DNA of 64,000 bases from an uncultured Planctomycetales bacterium (lineage in GTDB: Bacteria; Planctomycetota; Phycisphaerae; UBA1845; PWPN01). Position 1 is the first letter of the stretch. Each line of letters opens with the position of its first letter. The notes beneath the pieces are model-generated. The model was not told the DNA's origin. It did no database searches and was given only the letters and a program-made list of their open reading frames with translations. Made by a program: the position numbers and the translations under genes. Positions 59,693 to 64,000 of this stretch are shown piece by piece. Where the stretch lies: assembly GCA_964618455.1 (NCBI GenBank), contig CAZUAQ010000010.1, forward strand, positions 1 through 64,000, read 5' to 3'.

Positions 59693-60315
59693 GCGAGTTT
59701 TCGCGAGCGCGTGAGTACGCTGATCATCCCGCACAGGACGAGTACCAGCGTGCCCGGCTCCGGCGGAGCAATGACGGTCGATTCCAGCGACCAGGTGAGA
59801 CTCTCACGTTCCCCCGTACCGCCGGAGGTTCCCGCATAGGCAGAGAGGCGGTACATGTGCGTCGGATCAACAGTGAGGGGTGGATAGTACGAAGCATAGT
59901 CCAACCCCTCGAACACCAGCACATTCGTGTCCAGATCGGTGATGGTGAAGCTGCCCCAGGCGTTGGCGTCATTCAGGTAGACATCCAGCGAAAGTTCGGT
60001 CCCATAGGGGCGGAACGTCAGTTCGGTGGTGGCCTCGGCGGTCATGTACGGACCGCAGCACGAGATGGGACTCGTATCGAGATAGACATCGATGCGATCG
60101 TTCGTACTCGTCGCGCTGACGGTGGCAACCTCTCCCGGGGCGTATTCTTCCTGAAGGAAAGCGTTCCCCACGCCGGCGTCGCTGCCGAAACCCTCCATGG
60201 TGACCTCGGCCCAATAGGATTGCGTCAGGATGTCGATGCCGATGAAATTGGCCGAGGCCGCCGGCGCCCACGCCGACATTCCCAGCAACACACCCCACAT
60301 GATTCGCGCATTCAT
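59689..60315 (-). CDS. PEP-CTERM sorting-domain protein
   Basis: Start MNARIMWGVLLGMSAWAPAASA (signal peptide; ATG reverse complement at 60313-60315); C-terminus ...PEPGTLVLVLCGMISVLTRSRKLA = PEP motif + TM + basic tail. Confidence 0.75.
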   Translation of the reverse strand: MNARIMWGVLLGMSAWAPAASANFIGIDILTQSYWAEVTMEGFGSDAGVGNAFLQEEYAPGEVATVSATSTNDRIDVYLDTSPISCCGPYMTAEATTELTFRPYGTELSLDVYLNDANAWGSFTITDLDTNVLVFEGLDYASYYPPLTVDPTHMYRLSAYAGTSGGTGERESLTWSLESTVIAPPEPGTLVLVLCGMISVLTRSRKLA

Positions 60316-60822
60316 TGGCGCTCTTCCTCCAGCCCGGCCAGTAGCGCCCCGGTAATCCCAGGTTTCCAGAGGGCGATGGCCCGAGAAACAGACCCAATCG
60401 ATCAATGCACAACCGATGGCTTGGTCGCCGCGCCATTCGAGCGGCTCAGAACTGCAAGACCTCGATCTCGAAGTGACATATCTATGATACTCCCATTGGA
60501 TCGATTTTGTCCAACGGCGCGGGGAGCGTGGACTCCCGTGTCACCTCGGAAATCTCCAGCCAGTGAATCAGGCGGCCTCTACGTGCCAGAGAAGGGGACG
60601 ACCGCCGCTCCCTTCCGATGAGGTCGGCCGATGGCGGTCGGTGATTGATTTTTCATCGGCGATCACCTAACTTTTCAATATTGTTCGAGCCGTCTCATGT
60701 AAAATGCCCTGATTCCTCGATGATCCGCCATCCCTCGGCAGTGGAAGTCTTCGCCGACTCACCGGGAGGATCGGAAAGCTGATCGTGCGGGGCAAACTGC
60801 AATTCCCACGGTACAAGCGCTC

Positions 60823-62370
60823 ATGATGAAGCGATATACAAGCAGACCATGGTATTATCTCCCTCTGAAGGCGACCGTCGCGCTGTTCTTTGCCGCGTCG
60901 GCGACCTTGGCCCAGCCCTCTAACCTTTTCCGGCCCACCGACAAGCCTCTGCCTGGGGCGGCGGCAAACGTGATGGATTCGCGCGCGGTCAACGTGGATC
61001 TCGATTTGCTCGCCTCGGTGCAGCCTGGTCATACCATGGCCTTGAACCTTTTTCGGGGTAAGCCGTTCATCGGCGACGTCGTTGAAGCCGAAGGGCCCGT
61101 GAACAGAGGTCGCCTGGTTCGCGGCACGATTCAGGGTCGGCCGGGTTCGTCGTTCACCTTCGTCCGTCGCAACAACGCCGTGGTCGGGATCGTTCGCTTC
61201 GCGGGGACGCCTCACATCTACGAGTTGCGTTCCATCGGCAATGGGACCTCGCGGCTCGCGCGAATCGATGCATCGAAATACGCGCCGGAGTTATGCTTCA
61301 CGAAGATGCCGGACGGCGACAACCTCGCGCCGGACGGCGATGCGAAAGCGGGCAAGGGTCAGGCACCTGTTCCGGCGCAATCGGCCGACGACACCGACAC
61401 CCCGAACAGCAATACGCAGAACACCGGGACGGAAGCGGATCCCGCCGCCGCGCCGGCGTGTGCGCCGCTACCGATCACGTTGGATGTCATGCTGGTTTAT
61501 ACACCGGCGGCACGCATGGCGATGGACGGCACGCACGACACGATCATCGCCCAATGCCAGCTTGCCTTGGCGGTCACCAACCAGGTCTACCAGAACAGCC
61601 AGATCATCCCGCGGGCGCGTCTTGTGCACTGCACCGAGATAAACCGCACCGAAGCCAACGACATGGAAAACGATCTCGGTTGGCTGGCCACCTCCCAGAC
61701 GATAAAGGATCTACGCGACACTTACGCGGCGGACTTTGTCAGTATGATCATTTCGTACGGCAGCGGCTATGGTTACTGCGGCGGCCCCGATTACCGGGCA
61801 TATTCCGTGGTGAAATGGGATCGCGCGGTCAATACCTGGTCGCTGGCTCACGAGATCGGCCACAATCAGGCGTGTGAACACAATCGGGAGGATGCCGGCT
61901 GCGGTGTGGCCGACGGGTACGGCTACGGCCATTATTTCAACGGCAACAGCGGTACCCAATGGGGCACGGTCATGTCCTACATCGGTACGCGCATCAGCAA
62001 CATTTCCAACCCGAACGTGCTGTTCGACGGCCAGCCCACCGGCGTACCCATCGGTCAATCGGGTGAGGCCTACAACGCGTATCGCATCAACGGGCTGGCT
62101 CCCTGGCATGAGAGCTACCGACTCACCCGCTACGATGTCTGGGCCGACTTCGATCGTCTCTGTTTTTTTTCGACGGTGTGCAACGGGGCGTACGATACGC
62201 CTTTCAACAACCTCGCCGATGCGGTCGACGGCGCCGTCAACGGCGAGAACACCACGGCCATCCCGACGGTATGGATCAAATCGAGCACCACAGACGAAAC
62301 AATGACGCTCGACAGGCCCATGGTGCTTCGCGTCTGCGACGGGCCGGCCACGATCGGCCTGACGCCGTAA
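60823..62370 (+). CDS. Secreted metzincin-type zinc metalloprotease (reprolysin/M12B-like)
   Basis: Signal peptide MMKRYTSRPWYYLPLKATVALFFAASATLA; HEIGHNQACEH (HExxHxxxxxH) zinc-binding motif; 515 aa. Confidence 0.7.
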   Translation: MMKRYTSRPWYYLPLKATVALFFAASATLAQPSNLFRPTDKPLPGAAANVMDSRAVNVDLDLLASVQPGHTMALNLFRGKPFIGDVVEAEGPVNRGRLVRGTIQGRPGSSFTFVRRNNAVVGIVRFAGTPHIYELRSIGNGTSRLARIDASKYAPELCFTKMPDGDNLAPDGDAKAGKGQAPVPAQSADDTDTPNSNTQNTGTEADPAAAPACAPLPITLDVMLVYTPAARMAMDGTHDTIIAQCQLALAVTNQVYQNSQIIPRARLVHCTEINRTEANDMENDLGWLATSQTIKDLRDTYAADFVSMIISYGSGYGYCGGPDYRAYSVVKWDRAVNTWSLAHEIGHNQACEHNREDAGCGVADGYGYGHYFNGNSGTQWGTVMSYIGTRISNISNPNVLFDGQPTGVPIGQSGEAYNAYRINGLAPWHESYRLTRYDVWADFDRLCFFSTVCNGAYDTPFNNLADAVDGAVNGENTTAIPTVWIKSSTTDETMTLDRPMVLRVCDGPATIGLTP

Positions 62371-62445
62371 CCAGAATCGATCACCACGGATAGCAAGGCA
62401 ACGGACTGCACACGCGGAAGCGCGTGTTATTGCGCTGGGATGCTC

Positions 62446-63540
62446 TCAGCCGGGCGGATGGCCCATGCTCGCCAAGGCCTGCAATTGGGCGGGCTCTGTG
62501 ATGACGGCGAGGCGGCACTGCAGTACGCGTTGCTGACAGGCTTCCAGCATGGAGAACCAGCCCCGTTCACGATCGCGCGCCCACCCTTCGACCCCGGCGG
62601 TCAACGGTTCGAGGGAGGCGATGTACGAGCCCCCCGGACCGAAATGCAGCCAGTGCCCCAACCTCGGGTAATGCGCTTTCCTGAACATCATGGCCAGGCC
62701 CACGCTTCGCCTGGAATTGACGATGCCGGCGGTCACCATGCCCTCTTCGTCGACATCGGGATCGATGTAGGCGAATTCCTCGCCCCCGCCGCGATGATGT
62801 TCGAGAGGGCGGGGAGCCACGCGTGCGTCGGCCCGCGCGAACCAATCGTCGCTGTCGAAGGCGGGCTCCACCTTACCCGCGTAGCAGAACGTGCTGCACT
62901 CCGGCTCCAGGAGGGGGTAGCCGAAATTGATATGCAGCATCCAGGCGAAGGGAGTCGCCGTGTTCCCGAGATTCGTGAACTCGTCGTGAATCTCGATCGA
63001 TGGAACACCCAGCGTGCTGCGCAGCGTGCGGCGCAGTTCGATGTTGGGCCCGAAGACGCGGGCGGATCGGACGATGCCCGTAATGCTCATGTCGCGCCGG
63101 CCTCTGGGGAGATCCGGATTGACGACGGACTCGAGCGTTGCTCGCGTGTTGGAGTGTGTACCGTGGAGTCCGTATTCCTCGCCGTTTTCCTCGAAGGGAT
63201 CGCCTACGTTGACGGGACCGCAACCGACGACGAGCCCCCCCGCAAAGCCGCGAAGCCATTCGAATCCGCGATGGCGCGCCTGCGAAGGCGCGGTGACGCC
63301 GGCATGAGAATGCCAGGTGAGGGACTGGCCCATGAACTCGGCATCGGCGATATCCATGCCGCGATCCGGCACGACCTTGTAACGCAGGCCCGCGCCGGTG
63401 TTGACCCAGGCGATCCGCGTGCCACGTCCCGGTCCGTTGTCGAGCACGGAAGTTTCGATACCGCCCCACTGTGCCGCATTCAGGAGCGGAGCATCGGCGG
63501 GAAAGTCCATCTGCATGTTCGGCTGCGTCTGGGTGTTCAT
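62446..63540 (-). CDS. Aldose-1-epimerase-like (DUF4432-type) protein
   Basis: 364 aa; His/Glu/Asp-containing beta-sandwich mutarotase-like motifs (LHGTHSNTRA, WMLHINFGYP); low-complexity antisense ORF on the plus strand rejected. Confidence 0.5.
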   Translation of the reverse strand: MNTQTQPNMQMDFPADAPLLNAAQWGGIETSVLDNGPGRGTRIAWVNTGAGLRYKVVPDRGMDIADAEFMGQSLTWHSHAGVTAPSQARHRGFEWLRGFAGGLVVGCGPVNVGDPFEENGEEYGLHGTHSNTRATLESVVNPDLPRGRRDMSITGIVRSARVFGPNIELRRTLRSTLGVPSIEIHDEFTNLGNTATPFAWMLHINFGYPLLEPECSTFCYAGKVEPAFDSDDWFARADARVAPRPLEHHRGGGEEFAYIDPDVDEEGMVTAGIVNSRRSVGLAMMFRKAHYPRLGHWLHFGPGGSYIASLEPLTAGVEGWARDRERGWFSMLEACQQRVLQCRLAVITEPAQLQALASMGHPPG

Positions 63541-63573
63541 GGTCGTCCTCGGATGATAACCAATGAGAGTCGA

Positions 63574-63984
63574 TCAGCGCTCTTTTCGCAACAGGACCGT
63601 CTTCGCTTCAGGATGAACGACGTTCCAGATTGTACTTTGAATGGAGGTCACGCTCAGCAGAGCCAGGATCTCTTCTTCGCCGATCGTGTCGACGATCCGG
63701 CAGGCCGCATCGCCCTGCAGCGTGACGCCGTCGCCGGTCTGGCTGCCCAGCAGCAGATCGAACGTACGATTCTCCCGCTTGAACGTGAGATTGAAGGTCT
63801 CCTCCCCCTCTGCATTGAGACCTGAGCGCGTGTCGACGATCGCAAGACGCGACCGGCCGTTTTCATGCGGATGCAGGAGGGTGATGAAATCCTGTTTCGT
63901 TTCGCGCTGTTTCAACGTGATCCATGACGGATGTGATTCGGCAACGAGCGTCGGTACAAAGTCCTTTTCGACGTGCAACTCCAC
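63574..63984 (-). CDS. Hypothetical protein (136 aa; N-terminal limit near the window end)
   Basis: Open frame with ordinary composition; no family recognised. Confidence 0.3.
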   Translation of the reverse strand: MELHVEKDFVPTLVAESHPSWITLKQRETKQDFITLLHPHENGRSRLAIVDTRSGLNAEGEETFNLTFKRENRTFDLLLGSQTGDGVTLQGDAACRIVDTIGEEEILALLSVTSIQSTIWNVVHPEAKTVLLRKER

Positions 63985-64000
63985 GGGATGCGGGTCGCGC

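Noticed and set aside
1-64000. CRISPR arrays, IS elements, integrases and transposases
   Set aside because: No spaced identical repeats, terminal inverted repeats or recombinase-like ORFs were seen anywhere in the window.

Overview
This window is high-G+C DNA that looks planctomycete-like. The clues are a PSCyt/DUF1549/DUF1553 + DUF1501 gene pair, an H-X9-DG prepilin-like protein, a PEP-CTERM protein, and a 23S rRNA that has its ITS tRNAs but no 16S.

- **5' end (1-1100, minus strand):** a partial 23S rRNA preceded by tRNA-Ile(GAT) and tRNA-Ala(TGC), with no 16S gene.
- **2.9-11.5 kb:** housekeeping and envelope genes: a glutamine amidotransferase (GATase), the PSCyt/DUF1501 pair, a flotillin-NfeD pair and a dockerin-repeat secreted protein.
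- **11.5-17.7 kb (minus strand), the most interesting locus:** a 7-gene operon. In transcription order: ThrC-like PLP enzyme with an N-terminal zinc ribbon, a ThiS/MoaD-like protein ending -GG, a tandem NIL-like protein, a membrane protein, a ThiF/MoeB E1, a class-V cysteine desulfurase and a JAMM/MPN (Mec+-like) protease. Its leader is a clear SAM-I (S-box) riboswitch with an intrinsic terminator. I infer a SAM-controlled, sulfur-carrier-protein-dependent homocysteine/methionine sulfur-incorporation pathway.
- **19-31.4 kb (minus strand):** a flagellar cluster: flgF, flgG, flgA, flgH, flgI, a rod-binding flgJ-like gene, a flgN-like gene, flgK, flgL, fliW, csrA, fliC.
- **Next:** a solitary murD, a secreted PHP-domain protein, and a lower-G+C segment (about 36.0-38.3 kb) of hypothetical genes.
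- **Then:** prmC, lgt, panC, an ECF sigma / anti-sigma / double-STN-domain trio, an epimerase, an ABC exporter, a PepF-like peptidase, an oxidoreductase and two paralogous ~60-aa glycine-rich secreted peptides.
- **Next:** mtnA, purE and fliA.
- **58.4-60.3 kb (minus strand):** a translationally coupled operon (ATGA overlaps) of a PEP-CTERM protein followed by three paralogous membrane proteins with a C-terminal CxxC..CxxC zinc ribbon; the middle one is frameshifted.
- **3' end:** a metzincin-like protease and an aldose-epimerase-like gene.

Most long ORFs that lie antisense to these genes are high-G+C artefacts.
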